Positions 25,903 to 38,813 of a stretch of 64,000 nt of DNA are shown here, piece by piece. Both the position numbers and the translations under genes were made by a program. The DNA lies in NCBI RefSeq assembly GCF_001194135.2, contig NC_068991.1, positions 7,358,008-7,422,007 of the forward strand, read 5' to 3'. The notes beneath the pieces were generated by a model that searched no databases, was not told the DNA's origin, and saw nothing but the letters and a program-made list of their open reading frames with translations. The stretch's first letter is position 1, and every line of letters starts with the position of its first letter. The stretch is from Octopus bimaculoides. Lineage: Eukaryota.

Positions 25903-27913
25903 CCGGTCTGCTGACACCTTTACTGGGGAGAGTAACACTTACACAAACTACTCCCCTCCCGGTAAAAAAGAGCTTATGTTCCGGTTATTCCCCTTTTAAA
26001 TATCCCGAGTGTCACTCTCTGTTGCGGAGGGCATCTGGTGGCAACGAAGGTCAGGATGAAGTTAACTGGTTAGTATCTTTAATCTCTTTATTTTATTATC
26101 AATTAATTATAATATCAATTTAGCGTCAGTGTTTATTTAACAACCATGTTAACTAAATATATGAGTAATTATCAATTTTTATTAGTCAATAGTTGATAAG
26201 TAATTAATACGATTATAATTTTATAGTAGTGTGAGCAAGTGCTTTTATGAGATGAAAAATAAGTATCATTATTAATATTAAAATATTTTTTTATCTCTAA
26301 AGGTAAACTTAATAGTACGAAAAATATTAATTGTATTAGTTAATTTATCTAACGTTCCCGAGTAATTTTTCAATCTTAAGTATATAACTCCTATCAGCAG
26401 AAGATTTTTCACTCGAAATCATTAAGTTAAAATATTACAATCACATTATTTCGTTAGCCTTGAGAAGTTATAAGTTTAAAATTACTGGGATATATATGAA
26501 TGGAAGTTAAGATGCTCACATTTAATGTTTTAACCCCGTGAAACGTTCTGGTGGCTGATTTGTAATATCCTCTTGAAGTAACCTCCATTTACAATCAGAG
26601 TTGCCTCTATGTGGTCCTTCGACTTGCTAGAAAAAGCAGCCAAATTCACAAAATGCACCCTACCATCTCAAATCAAAAAAAAAAAAATCGAAAGATACAA
26701 TTTAGATGATAATCTAGATGCAATGCCTGAAAATACAATGGTCATGGCTAAAACGCTTTGTTATGTTTACTCATTTAGGGTTGACCTGGAGTTAGCAACG
26801 AATGAACCTCTACGCGGTCATGAAATTTCAAAATTTCGACCAACTCTTACTTATGTAACGAAAATTACACTGGACTACATGGTCTGGCTGGCACACCTTT
26901 GATTATAGGTTTAGCCGGTCGTGGTTCGCTTGTTAAATTACTATTTTTACGACGTTTTACTAATGAAGAAACTTCAATTCGGTCGCTTCACTGTTAGTAA
27001 TAGAAAGTGTCTTTAAAATGGAAGGGCACATTGGAAACTGTACTCTAATATAGGAATCTGGATATATAAGAAATGATCGAAAGTAGAACACCTTTGATCG
27101 AAGTTGACCTTGAAGGAAACGGCTTTTACCAAAATTATTTTTTATAATTCGAAAGTCATTACTAGTTCCCTATTTTCAGGACCAAAAATTTTATCGAGCC
27201 AGGGCAGGCTCACAGTTGCTCTACCTGCTAGAAATAGCTGCCAAATTTCCCTCATATCATACTCTCTTGTATTTTAATAAGGAAAAGATTCCTTGGAATT
27301 CTAGATATTCACGAAAAGATGTGATTTGAGCATAGATCTGGCTCATTTAATTTGACCTTGGTCTAAACGACAGCTTTTTGTCAAAATTAAGTGTTGTTTT
27401 CTCTTTCAAAAGCTTATGTTTAATTGTAAAATTTTTGAAAGATCATTGAAATATTTTGTGGATGTAGTTCCTGGATAAATACGGCCAAACCACTTGGTTA
27501 ACAGTTGAATTATAAACAAAGGCAATGTAGGAGCCATCCTAATGTTTCTTAGAATGTCTGAGCTCTGTGTTTCTTTTGTCAAAAGAACTTGCTACATTTA
27601 TATATTCTGTTGTTAATATGTAAACTTATCTGATCAACGTCTGCGCTCTTTCTATCTTGTATACAGTATGTGACGTCATTATTAAGTGTGTTGTGGTGTT
27701 ACATGCACTTGGCCTGCTTGCCCGTGGTTAGGACTACTGAAGGTGACTATCACTTCCATGTGGAAAGTTTTATGATGTTCCGTTTGAATAAAGTTGGTGA
27801 ACCACGTGTGACGTTTTGAAGTAATGTTATTATCGTTTTAACATCCATTTTCCCATATGTTCATGCCACAAGCTCCAGCATTAATTTGGTCTCCTTTATA
27901 ATGGAAACCTATA

Positions 27914-28127
27914 GGCGTCGAGCTGGCAGAAACGTTAGCACGCCGGGCGAAATGCTTAGTGGTATTTCGTCTGCCGTTACGTTCTGAGTTCAAATTCCGC
28001 CAAGTTCGATTTTGCCTTTCATCCTTTCGGGGTCAATAACTTAAGTACCAGTTGTGTACTGAGGTCAATCTAATCGACTGGTCCCCTCCCCAGAAATTTC
28101 GGGCCTTGTACCTAGAGTAGAAGAGTA
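27914..28127 (+). mobile_element. tRNA-derived SINE family A, near full-length young copy
   Basis: Complete head (gagctggcagaaacgttagcacgccgggcg), B-box-like gagttcaaattcc, central domain and agagtagaa tail; CpGs intact. Confidence 0.9.
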
Positions 28128-28566
28128 TAATTGATACCTATATTTTGCAAGCCATCTGAAGTCCTAGTTAACCCTTAATATGTCAGAAATCCTTCTATCT
28201 ATTTATATATTCATTGCTCCCTACATAACAAGTAAGGGTACTCCCTTGATGGCACTGAGATTCAGCCTATTATAAGTTAACCATGACCATCTATTAGAGT
28301 TATACTCAACTCAAAAGCTTCTCTATTACTGTAACTTTATTTAACTGTTTCAATATCATACAATATAACATTTACACACTAAATATGGTTTGTCATTTGT
28401 AAACCTTTTAAAAGTTTTGTTAATAGCCATGGTTGTGTGATTGAGAACCCATGTGGTCTTGGATTCCATGCCACTGTACAGCACCTTAGACAAATCTCAT
28501 CTACTAATTCATGAACGTTTTTCTATCTCATTTCCATATGTAATTTCTTTTTTTTTCTTTTTAGAG

Positions 28567-29325
28567 ATGAAAATGGCTGAACAAATGAGGTACCCATATA
28601 CTATGAGTGCCAAGATGATGCGCTTTCCATGGAAGTACCATTGGGCTAATGCTAGATTTTTGAGATATTTGACATATGCTATCATCATAGCATCTCCTCT
28701 TTACATCAAGATCCATAAATTTGGTAAGAATTTTTCTGAATTTTTTTTTTCTTTTCTTTTCGTTGCAAAACTACTCTTCAACTATTTTATTGGTTCACTT
28801 GGTGACCCTGTTGATGCTGGTACCACATAAAAAAGCACCCTGTGCTCTTTGTAATGTTGTTAGTGTTAGGAAGGGCATCCCAGCCATTGAAACCATTCCA
28901 AAACAGACAATGGAGCTGGTGCAGCTCCTGTCAAACTCTGCAACCTATGCCAGCATGGAGAGTGGACATTTGATGATGATGATGATGATCTGAAGTAGCC
29001 AATGATGGCATAGTTTGTGATCTTTTTCTCTTTTCTGTTCTTCAGATTTATGGCTGCCTTTTATTTACATTTTTCACTTTAATCTATATTGTATATCTCT
29101 TCTGCTATTCCAGTTATTTTTGGACATAATCACATCGTGAGGTACATAAATATTTCTGTACATACATATAGGTAGCCAGTATAACTGTGTGGTTAAGAAG
29201 CTTGCTTCTCATCCACATGGTTTCAGATTCAATCCCAGTGTGCAGCACCATGAGCAGGTGTCTTCTAGCCCTAGGCCAACCAAAAACTTGAGTGGATTTG
29301 GTAGATTGAAACTGAAAGAAACCCA

Positions 29326-29366
<41 letters not shown>

Positions 29367-30006
29367 ATACAAGGGTGCACACAAACACATATTTTTATAT
29401 ATATATATAAATATATATATATATTTTTCATCTCNNNNNNNNNNNNNNNNNNNNNNNNNNNNNNNNNNNNNNNNNNNNNNNNNNNNNNNNNNNNNNNNNN
29501 NNNNNNNNNNNNNNNTGTGTGCACCCTTGTATTGCCATCACATGATTCTAGTAAATGAACATCATCATCATATACGATGGTTTGACAAGGGCTGGCCAAG
29601 CAGAAGACTACACCAGGCTTCACTGTCTGTTTTGGCAGGGTTTTTATGGCTGGATATCCTTCCTAACACCAACTGCCTTGCGTGTGTGTGTGTGTGTGTA
29701 AATTACTTGACAAATGTTTTGGGACTGTAGCCTAGACGTTGCAAGTCTAATACACAAACTGAAGAAACATGTAGTGCTGAAATGAAAATATATAAAGCAC
29801 CAAATTAAGGCGAGATAAAAGTGGGCAAATATATTTACTTTATAATAACCTTTGTATGCAATTAACTGAAAGTACCATATGTATTTTTTATTTATTTATT
29901 TTTAACAGCAAACCAACCTGCCAACTGGGCAAAATGGAATGGCATCAGAGCTAAGAGAGAACGTAAGTGTCTTCATTGTCTTATTCTAAAATATATTTTC
30001 TCTCGC

Positions 30007-30041
<35 letters not shown>

Positions 30042-30843
30042 AATATGGGTGGCAGCTTGCAGAATCGTTAGCACGCCGGGAGAAATGCTTTGCGGTATTT
30101 CATCTGTCTTTACTTTCTGAGTTCAGATACCGCGGAGGTTGACTTTGCTTTTCATTCTTTCGGGATCAATAAATTCAGTACCAGTTGAATACTGGGGTCA
30201 ATCTAATTGACTCCCTCCCCCAAAATTTCAGGCCTTCTACCTAGAGTAGAAAAGAATATGGCTGGCTAATTTGCAATTTTACAACCTAAAGGCTAAAATA
30301 TATATGTCACTAAAGTGAACAAGGGCACTAATCAGCACCAGTATTGCTAGAAATAAGAGTCAAAGCAACTCAATAGCCAGTTCAAATATAAAAATGGAAA
30401 AAAAAAGAACATGAGGTTGTGCACAAGAAATGTATTAATTTGACTCTCTCGGTGAAAGGAGAGAGTTTGGATGTTTCAAGCATAGCTCTTCATCAGAAAC
30501 GAGAAAGGGAAAGTTCCAAAGATGGAAAAGAAATCCCTAACGGCCCATATGTAGCTACATTATGTACATTTATTAAAGCTGCAAAAAACTTACTCAGAGT
30601 TTCATATTCCTTTTCATCAGACAGTTGTATTCATCAACTGTCCAACAGACAGGAACATGAAACTTTGAGTAAGTTTTTTCATAAAAGCATATTACTCTAC
30701 TTTAGGTATTTGAATACTATTTTTTTCAACCTTGTTTTGCATTTATGTGTCTATTGTGTGTGTGTGTGTAAATTTTAATACTCCTGGAATGATAATTGTT
30801 TTGTTTCTTTACAGATACCCACTTCGATCCTGTCAAGCCTTGA
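28567..30843 (+). CDS. Conserved small single-pass membrane protein, 79 aa, 3 coding exons
   Basis: Exons 28567-28723, 29909-29962, 30815-30843 with strong donors (GTAAGA, GTAAGT) and matching phases (1,1). Protein: MKMAEQMRYPYTMSAKMMRFPWKYHWANARFLRYLTYAIIIASPLYIKIHKFANQPANWAKWNGIRAKREHTHFDPVKP*. AATAAA at 30917-30922. The MRYPYT.SAK..FP motif recalls Drosophila CG30415/roh (from memory, unverified). Confidence 0.85.
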
Positions 30844-32842
30844 GAAAAATGGAGTTTTACTTAGAATATAACTTTAGACAATTTTTCAACAGTATTGTTG
30901 GGTTAAAAACCTCTAAAATAAAGTAAAACTGTTAAAAAAATTTCTTTTGTTGTTGCTGAATCCACTTGTTTCTGCAAAGAAAAAAAAAACAAAACATTTA
31001 TCATTATCATAACTCAATGTGTTTTCCAGGTTTGCATGGGTTGGACGGGGTAACAATAATAATGACTTAAGGCTCATCTTTTAAATGAAAATAAGTTCTT
31101 TATTAGCCATGGAATAAATTACAAATTATTTTGATGTAATTTACATTGAAATATAACATGGAAAGAGTGGTAATGAAATTAAGTCTCACTAAAATTTAAT
31201 CCTTGTCTTGACATAGTATGATTCTTTTGAGTACCAGGTGTCGCTGTCATACAAGCTGCGTCTTTCAATTCCAATCTTCTGTGAAAATACACCTGACAAT
31301 GGGGAATATTATTTTGCTTAAAAACAGATGAGAGTTGATGAGAGGAAAGGCATCTTCTCATATCGTCCAAACCCATGCCAGCATGGAAAACACAGGCATT
31401 AAATTATAACGATTCCATGTTTACCTAAAAGTTGTTCATGTGATTCTGTCATGCATATTTTCTGATTCCTTTACAATATTTTATCAAGTGTGAAAATAAT
31501 AGAAGACTTTTGAACAGAAAACAACTGAAACCGATTATTTCCTCACTTGCTGTATACCATATTTGATGGCATAAAAATGCACAGGCATATAAGAGACATC
31601 CCTATTTCAGCAGTGCTTGTTCAGGAAAAAACTTTTAGTGCATTAGGCCCAACTTATATCCAAGGTAGTATTAAAAAAAATTTTTTTTCCTGAGACATTT
31701 TTGGAAAAATGTTTGTCTTATATGCTAACAAATGTACATATTGCATGGCTGCAAGGAATTTGGCATACAAGTGGGATTTTTATAAAGATTTAAACTCACA
31801 GCCATACCGGTAGACACTTCAACAATCCAAATACTCTGAGTGTGATTTGCTACTTTTTTTTTTTTATGGCCAATTTAATACTGTTTCAGTCACTTGTTTG
31901 CATGGTGTCACAAAAACCAGTATACTGTAAAGTGGTAGGTGTCAGGAAGGGAGACATTTAGCTGTGTTAACCATGCCAAGGGAGACAATGGAACCTGGTA
32001 CGGCTCCTTGCTTTGCCAGCTCCTGTCAAATTGTCCAACCCATGGGATTGTCATGCAATTTCGATTAATTATTACTAATTAGATATTATTTATCTGGAAA
32101 TTTTCCTTCCCACTCATCATTCCTATTGGCCATGGTTGTCATTCAAAAGCATTACCATTGTGACATTTTGGGAAATAACTTGAACATATAGATCTAAATC
32201 CAGAAAATTCTTTGCAAATGATTCCTTCACACTGGTATTCTTATTCATGCTTACAGAGCCACATTTAATGTAATGTTTTACTGCAAGAGACAAGTTACAC
32301 TTTCTGAAGGTGATTCCTGATTTATAATAGTCTCGAATTTTGGCACAAGGCCAGCAAATTCAAGAGAGGGAACAAGTTGATTACATTGACTGAAGTGCTC
32401 AACTGGTACTCATTTTTATTGACCTCAAAAGGCAAAGTTGGAATTTGAACTCGGAACATAAAGATGGATGAGATACTGCTAAGCGTTTTGTCCGGTGTGC
32501 TAACAATTCTGCCAGTTCACCACCACATTCCTGATTAATATTACAAAGCCTTTTTGATGTGGGACTTAAAAAAAAAAAAGAATTCATCAAGAAAGACCAT
32601 ATTTTAAAGTCACAATCTGAAAAATAAAACTAATTTTATTAAGAAATATATTTGAATTAATTTTATTTCATTTTTTTTGAGGTAATGTATGTAGTTTGTT
32701 AGGGTTTATAAAAACATCTTAGCACACGAAATATATATCCCTTGTGAATTAGCTGATAACTCTATGACAAGATGTAGATGTTGATAGAATATGTATATAC
32801 TGCGAAATATTTGTTACAAAATATTCAAGGGTTTTCAAACAG

Positions 32843-35800
32843 TCAAAATTTCAAAGCTTCCGTGAAGTGTTCTGTTGGATTCAATCCAAAATGTAGAGCA
32901 AGTTCATTTTGCCAAGCCCAAGCCATTCGTTCAGTACTAAAATTGACAGCAACTTGTCCCATTTTATTTAAAACTATAGCTCCACCGCAACCATTAACTC
33001 TGTTCAACATAAAATTAATGGCTTCTTTGGCTGCTGCATCTGGATCAAATCCTAAAAAGAAAAATGATAAAAAAGAAATTAAAAAATTATATCAATTTAC
33101 AAGATATAGTTCCAGGCTAGAAATGCAAACTGTAAGTGTGGACATACCATAGCTACATTTATACTTTAGCTGGAAAAGACGGTTTTATAAGTATCAAAGA
33201 ATTTAGTATTATGAGATTATTCTATTACCTTGTTCCAAAAGATGGATGATATGTTTAGCAAGACATACTTTTGATATAGCTTCTCCATGACCAGTTGTTG
33301 AAACTGCACCTATGTTATTATCAGCATATCCACCAGAACCTAGGGAGATAAATGTTAAATGTGATTGCTTTTTGGACAGAAAGCAGACAAGAATTGTAAA
33401 TCATTGCATATGCAGTTCAGTTTGATAAATTAGCTTTGTAAGCAATGGTAACAGGTCTGCTAGAAATAGAAGTCAAATTTCAGCCAATTACTAATAAAAA
33501 GGAAAGGATACATTGGATAATGTTGTCTTGGATATACAAAAAGACAAGATGGTCAAGGCCAGAACATCTTTGATTAGAGCTGAAAAATAACATTGTAAGT
33601 GACGGAATGCCAACAACACGAAGATGTGACATTACATAACCACTGGATGCAAAAGATTTGAGTGTTATCTGTTGGAAGAGTAAACTGCATGAAAGGCAGG
33701 GCACAAGTAAAATGAGAGATCATCTGGGCATGTGATGTGAATGAATATTGTGGGTTGGGTTGAGAAACGTAGCATGTTGTCACTGGAAGGTACTTGCAGG
33801 CAAGATAGACATGTGAAGGAGTAGTGAGGTCTGATGAACGATCAAGACCACATACTGACCACAAGCCCATCCAATTCATGTCAGGACAGGTAAAAAGATA
33901 TTAACAGAACTTCATGTTAAAATGAATAGAAATTATTGAAATTAAGAGACTTTACCTATTATGGGACTGTCACCAACTCTTCCAAGTCTTTTGGCTGTGA
34001 TACCACCAGTGGATGTACCACATGCTAGATTACCAAACTTATCTAGTGCAATGGCACCGACAGTATTGTGGCCTTCACTAAGAAATGTAAATTAAACATA
34101 AACTCAATATCAATTCTCATAAATACTAAAAGTTTAACTTAAAATCCTTAATTTCTCAAAATCAAAACTGATCATATACTATGTAATATTTCTACACAAA
34201 AGATATCAAGGACTTTAACAATTTCATATCAATTCTTCCTTCACACTTTTATTTTTCATTTAATCAGTTAATGTAATAAAAGGTTATGTTTAATGGGCAA
34301 ATAAAGATGAACAATACAAGCATATAATAACACGTATATATATATATATATATGAGCGTGGCCGTTGCCAGTACCGCCTGACTGGCTCCCGTAGGATTTT
34401 CAAGCGAGATCGTTGCCAGTGCCCCTGGACTGGCTTGTGCGGGTGGCACATAAAAGACACCATTTCGAGCGTGGCCGTTTTCGTGCGGGTGACACGTAAA
34501 AGCACCCACTACACTCTCTGAGTGGTTGGCGTTAGGAAGGGCATCCAGCTGTAGAAACTCTGCCAAATTAGACTGGAGCCTGGTGTTGCCATCCAGTTTC
34601 ACCAGTCCTCAGTCAAATCGTCCAACCCATGCTAGCATGGAAAGCGGACGTTAAACGATNNNNNNNNNNNNNNNNNNNNNNNNNNNNNNNNNNNNNNNNN
34701 NNNNNNNNNNNNNNNNNNNNNNNNNNNNNNNNNNNNNNNNNNNNNNNNNNNNNNNNNNNNNNNNNNNNNNNNNNNNNNNNNNNNNNNNNNNNNNNNNNNN
34801 NNNNNNNNNNNNNNNNNNNNNNNNNNNNNNNNNNNNNNNNNNNNNNNNNNNNNNNNNNNNNNNNNNNNNNNNNNNNNNNNNNGCTGTACTCTTCCACCAC
34901 AACTTTCTCTCACTCTTACTTCCTGTTTCTGTTGTGCCTGTATTTCAAAGGGTCAGCCTTGTCACACTGTGTCACGCTGAATATCCCCGAGAACTACGTT
35001 AAGGGTACACATGTCTGTGGAGTGCTTAGCCACTTGCACGTTAATTTCACGAGCAGGCTGTTCCATTGATTGGATCAACTGGAACCCTCGACGTCGTAAG
35101 CGATGGAGTGCCAACACACACACACACACACACACACATATATTTATATATATATACACACACACACACATATATATGTGTGTATAAGGTTGAATGTGGA
35201 TTCGTCCTTTAACTGGAATGGTTTCCAAAAATAATTGGCAGTTAAACTTTATTGGTGTCAGCCCTAAAAGTGCACCAGCCGTGTATAAATAGAAACTGAG
35301 TACATTTTCAACCTTTTGGTATTTTCCTTTAGATTTTGTCTCCTACTTCTGAATCATTTCGATATCAATAATCTCTGACCCTCCTCCCCCATTTATAGAA
35401 TATAACAAACAGTTAATATATTATCAAAGATAAAAATAACATTATTATAGGGATTTAAACTCTGTTACACATTATTTAGCTTGGACAGTAGATATAATTT
35501 CTACTTATACCATTCCAAATACGTCATATACATAGAATTGGGAAAGGAGTAATGTTTAGTTTATATGTATAATACACACTATAAATGTTAGGTTTAAAAA
35601 TCTGGAGGAAATTGCATATTAAATGTGAATATGATAACTTAAAAACCAACTTACACTTGTTTTGATGAATGAAATAGATTTTGAATCGTGCTCTTAAATT
35701 CCATATAAGTTTGCCATTCCTTTTTAGCACTTTCTGTAACTAAAACCTCAGTTGGGACAGTAGATACACCATGCTCTTCAGCAAAAGCATTAGCTCCTCT

Positions 35801-38420
35801 ACCCACTAACAACACATGATCAGTCTGTGAAATTACGAAGGAAAATAAGATATTACATTTGAACCAGTAATCAATAATAAAGGAAGGTGTTTATAAGCCA
35901 TCAAAGAAACACACAAAAACCGTTAGATTCACTTCAACATTTAAATTTAATTTGTCAACATATTTTGGTCACTTTGAGACTGCGACCTGTTCATTGACAA
36001 AATTCCATGGTTGCGGTCTCAAAGCGAAGAAAATATTTTGACAAATTAAATTTAAATGTTGAAGTGAATCTAACAGTTTTTGTGTGTTTCTTAAATGGCT
36101 TATAAATACCTTCCATGCTGCATGTCTGTGGGCATGACATAGTAAAAACACATACTAAATACAGGCCTCCAAGTTCAAGTTTAGATACGTGGAAAATAAT
36201 GCAAGGAGCAGAAGAATAATAGAATATTTTTAAAAGTTACTACTTCTTGTCTGTGGTCATGACATAGTAAATGAACCGGAAGAATCTGAAGAGCTTCAAA
36301 TATAATGCCTTGTAAGATTTTGCTGTACCAAGGTAGCACGCTGGCGGAATCAGTAGCACACCAAGCAAAATGCTTAACAGCATTTTGTCCACCTTTATGT
36401 TCTGAGTTCAAATTCAGCTGAGGGTGACTTTGTCTTTCATCCTTTCTGGGTCAATAAAATAAGTACCAGTTGCATACTGGTATCGATCTAATTGACAGCC
36501 CGCCCCCATCTTCCCCCAAAATTTTGAGTCTCGTGCCTAGAGTAGAAAAGAATAATATAAGTACCAGTTGAGCACTGGGGGAATCGATGTAATCAACTTA
36601 TGCCCTCCCCCCAAAATTGCTGGGCTTGTGCCAAAATTTCATTATACCAAGGCAGGAAGCTGGCAGAATGGTTAGCACAGTGAACAACACACTTAGCAGC
36701 GTTTCATCCAGCTTTACATTCTGAGTTCAAATTCTGCCAAAGTTGACTTTACCTTTCATACTTCATAAAATAGGTACCAGTTAAATATTGGGGTCGATGT
36801 AATCAACTTAACCCCTCCCCTGAAAATGATGACCCTGTGCTAAAATTTGAAACCAACATTTCATTATACTACTGTTTTTTTTTTTAAATATTTTAAGCTC
36901 AAATCCTTTCAGGGTTGAAAAAATAAAGTCTCTGTCAAACATTGCAGTTGACAGACTCAATTATATTCATCATCATCATGAACGTTTAACGTCCGCCTTC
37001 CATGCTGGCATGGGTTGGACGATTTGACTGAGGACTGGTGAACTAGATGGCTGCACCAGGCTCCAGTCTGATCTGGCAAAGTTTCTACAGCTGGATGCCC
37101 TTCCTAACACCAACCACTCTGAGAATGTAGTGGGTGCTTTACTCTCTTCCAAAAATTGTGTCTATGTCAGAAACCAATATATTTAGAATTTTTATAGAAC
37201 TCAAAAAACAAGTTTAAATGTTTTTCTAAAACAACCCAATGCTTATAGAGGGAACCAAATGTACAAACTAAAACACTGCAGATCAGTCTAATATTTAAAA
37301 GAATATTACCCTTTCCATAACAATCTGAGCTAGTTGTATAGGGTTAGCAATGTTCTGCACACAAGCAACAGCACCACTGTTTAGAGTAGAACCTTCCATA
37401 ATCATTGCGTCCATTTCAACTTCACCAATGCTGTTAAGCACAGATCCGGTGCCTAATGAATGAAAGTTAGTAAAACAACATGTAAATATGAGAAAACAGC
37501 TCAATCTTCTACAACACACATAAGTATATAACACTAACTGTAGTCGGTTATTTTTAGAGAGTTCAATAATGCAGACTATGAAATATTGTAATCAACAGTA
37601 AATGTTAAATGTTCTCTGACTAATGACTTTATGGAAAGTATTTTATTATTGTTGTTGTTGTTGGCACTCCGTCGCTTACAACGACGACGAGGGTTCCAGT
37701 TGATCCGATCAACAGAACAGCCTGCTCGTGAAATTAACGTGCAAGTGGCTGAGCACTCCACAGACACGTGTACCCTTAACGTAGTTCTCGGGATATTCAG
37801 CGTGACACAGTGTGACAAGGCTGACCCTTCGAATTACAGGCACAACAGAAACAGGAAGTAAGAGTGAGAGAAAGTTGTGGTGGAAGAGTACAGCAGGGTT
37901 CACCACCATCCCCTGCCGGAGCCTCGTGGAGCATTAGGTGTTTTCGCTCAATAAACACTTACAACGCCTGGTCTGGGAATCGAAACCACGATCCTATGAT
38001 CGCGAGTCTGCTGCCCTAACCACTGGGCCATTGTGCCTCCACGGAGTTTATAATGTCTATGAGAAATACAGCAATAAAATACATATCTATCTGTAAATGG
38101 TGCATTTTGTTTCAACAAATTCTCAACTAGTTTTAACTTATCAGCAAAAAAAATTTCTGATAGGAACAAATTTAAACAGAGACCAATGTGTTTATGGAGA
38201 AATGGGTTTTAAAAAGTTACATACCAGCATCAAAGACAGGATCATTCTCAAGACTTGTCACAGCAGTCACAACAGCATCTATTGCACTTCCATTTTGCTT
38301 TAATTTCATAAATCCCAAATTAGCAGCATGTTTTACTCCTTCTACACTTCTTTCAGACATATCATCGGGTATAGCCCAAGCTCCACCATGGACGGCTATA
38401 ATGGGCTTTATATCATTCAT
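32843..38420 (-). CDS. ASRGL1: Isoaspartyl peptidase/L-asparaginase (Ntn hydrolase), 6 coding exons, 316 aa
   Basis: Exons (minus): 38225-38420, 37310-37452, 35655-35824, 33956-34077, 33229-33339, 32843-33051; 951 nt, phases consistent. Motifs [40 protein letters not shown]|[13 protein letters not shown]...[24 protein letters not shown]. Confidence 0.95.
33590..33880 (+). mobile_element. Highly degenerate RTE LINE 3' fragment in an ASRGL1 intron
   Basis: Weak nucleotide resemblance to the RTE 3' region at 63200-63595. Confidence 0.35.
35882..36114. mobile_element. Fold-back element/MITE with ~106-bp inverted arms and a 21-nt spacer
   Basis: 35882-35987 (GGAAGGTGTTTATAAGCC...CTTTGAGACTGCGACC) is nearly the reverse complement of 36009-36114 (GGTTGCGGTCTCAAAG...GGCTTATAAATACCTTCC). 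No clear TSD. Confidence 0.85.
36335..36860 (+). mobile_element. Cluster of 2-3 SINE-A copies/fragments in tandem
   Basis: Repeated SINE-A head, core and tail segments starting at about 36335, 36555 and 36652. Confidence 0.8.
37650..38041 (-). mobile_element. tRNA-derived SINE family D, near full length, (AAC)n tail
   Basis: Minus-strand head ggaggcacaatggcccagtggttagggcagcagac...ggtttcgattccc has A/B boxes. The body matches 34883-35115, 18585-18900 and 56310-56570. Confidence 0.85.
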
Positions 38421-38813
38421 ATTTCAGCCTGTCTCTTCTTGTTTTCTACTTTGCCAGTTTCTTTATTAAAATATTTAAACATGTGTTCTTTAAAAACAAT
38501 ATGTATATATGTGGGTGTGTATATAAGTAAAGAAACATATCTTCTAAAGTGCATGAAAGGGTTAGCTGCAAGTTGCACACAATCTTACATAGATAACAAG
38601 CCCCAAATATTGGTGAAAAATTTAATGAGCACTGGAACAAAAACTTCAAAAAACTCCTCCCAACATGCACTAGTCATATATATGGTGGTATTCTTTTCTA
38701 CTCTAGACACAAGGTTCAAAATTGGTGGGGGGGGGGGGAAGTCAATTAGATTGACTCCAGTACGCAACTGGTACTTAACTTATTGACCCCCCCACAAAAG
38801 GATGAAAGGCAAC

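Noticed and set aside
25791-26123. 110-aa plus-strand ORF across the PSMD1 promoter
   Set aside because: No recognisable motif; explained by the higher GC of the promoter and the overlap with the PSMD1 start.
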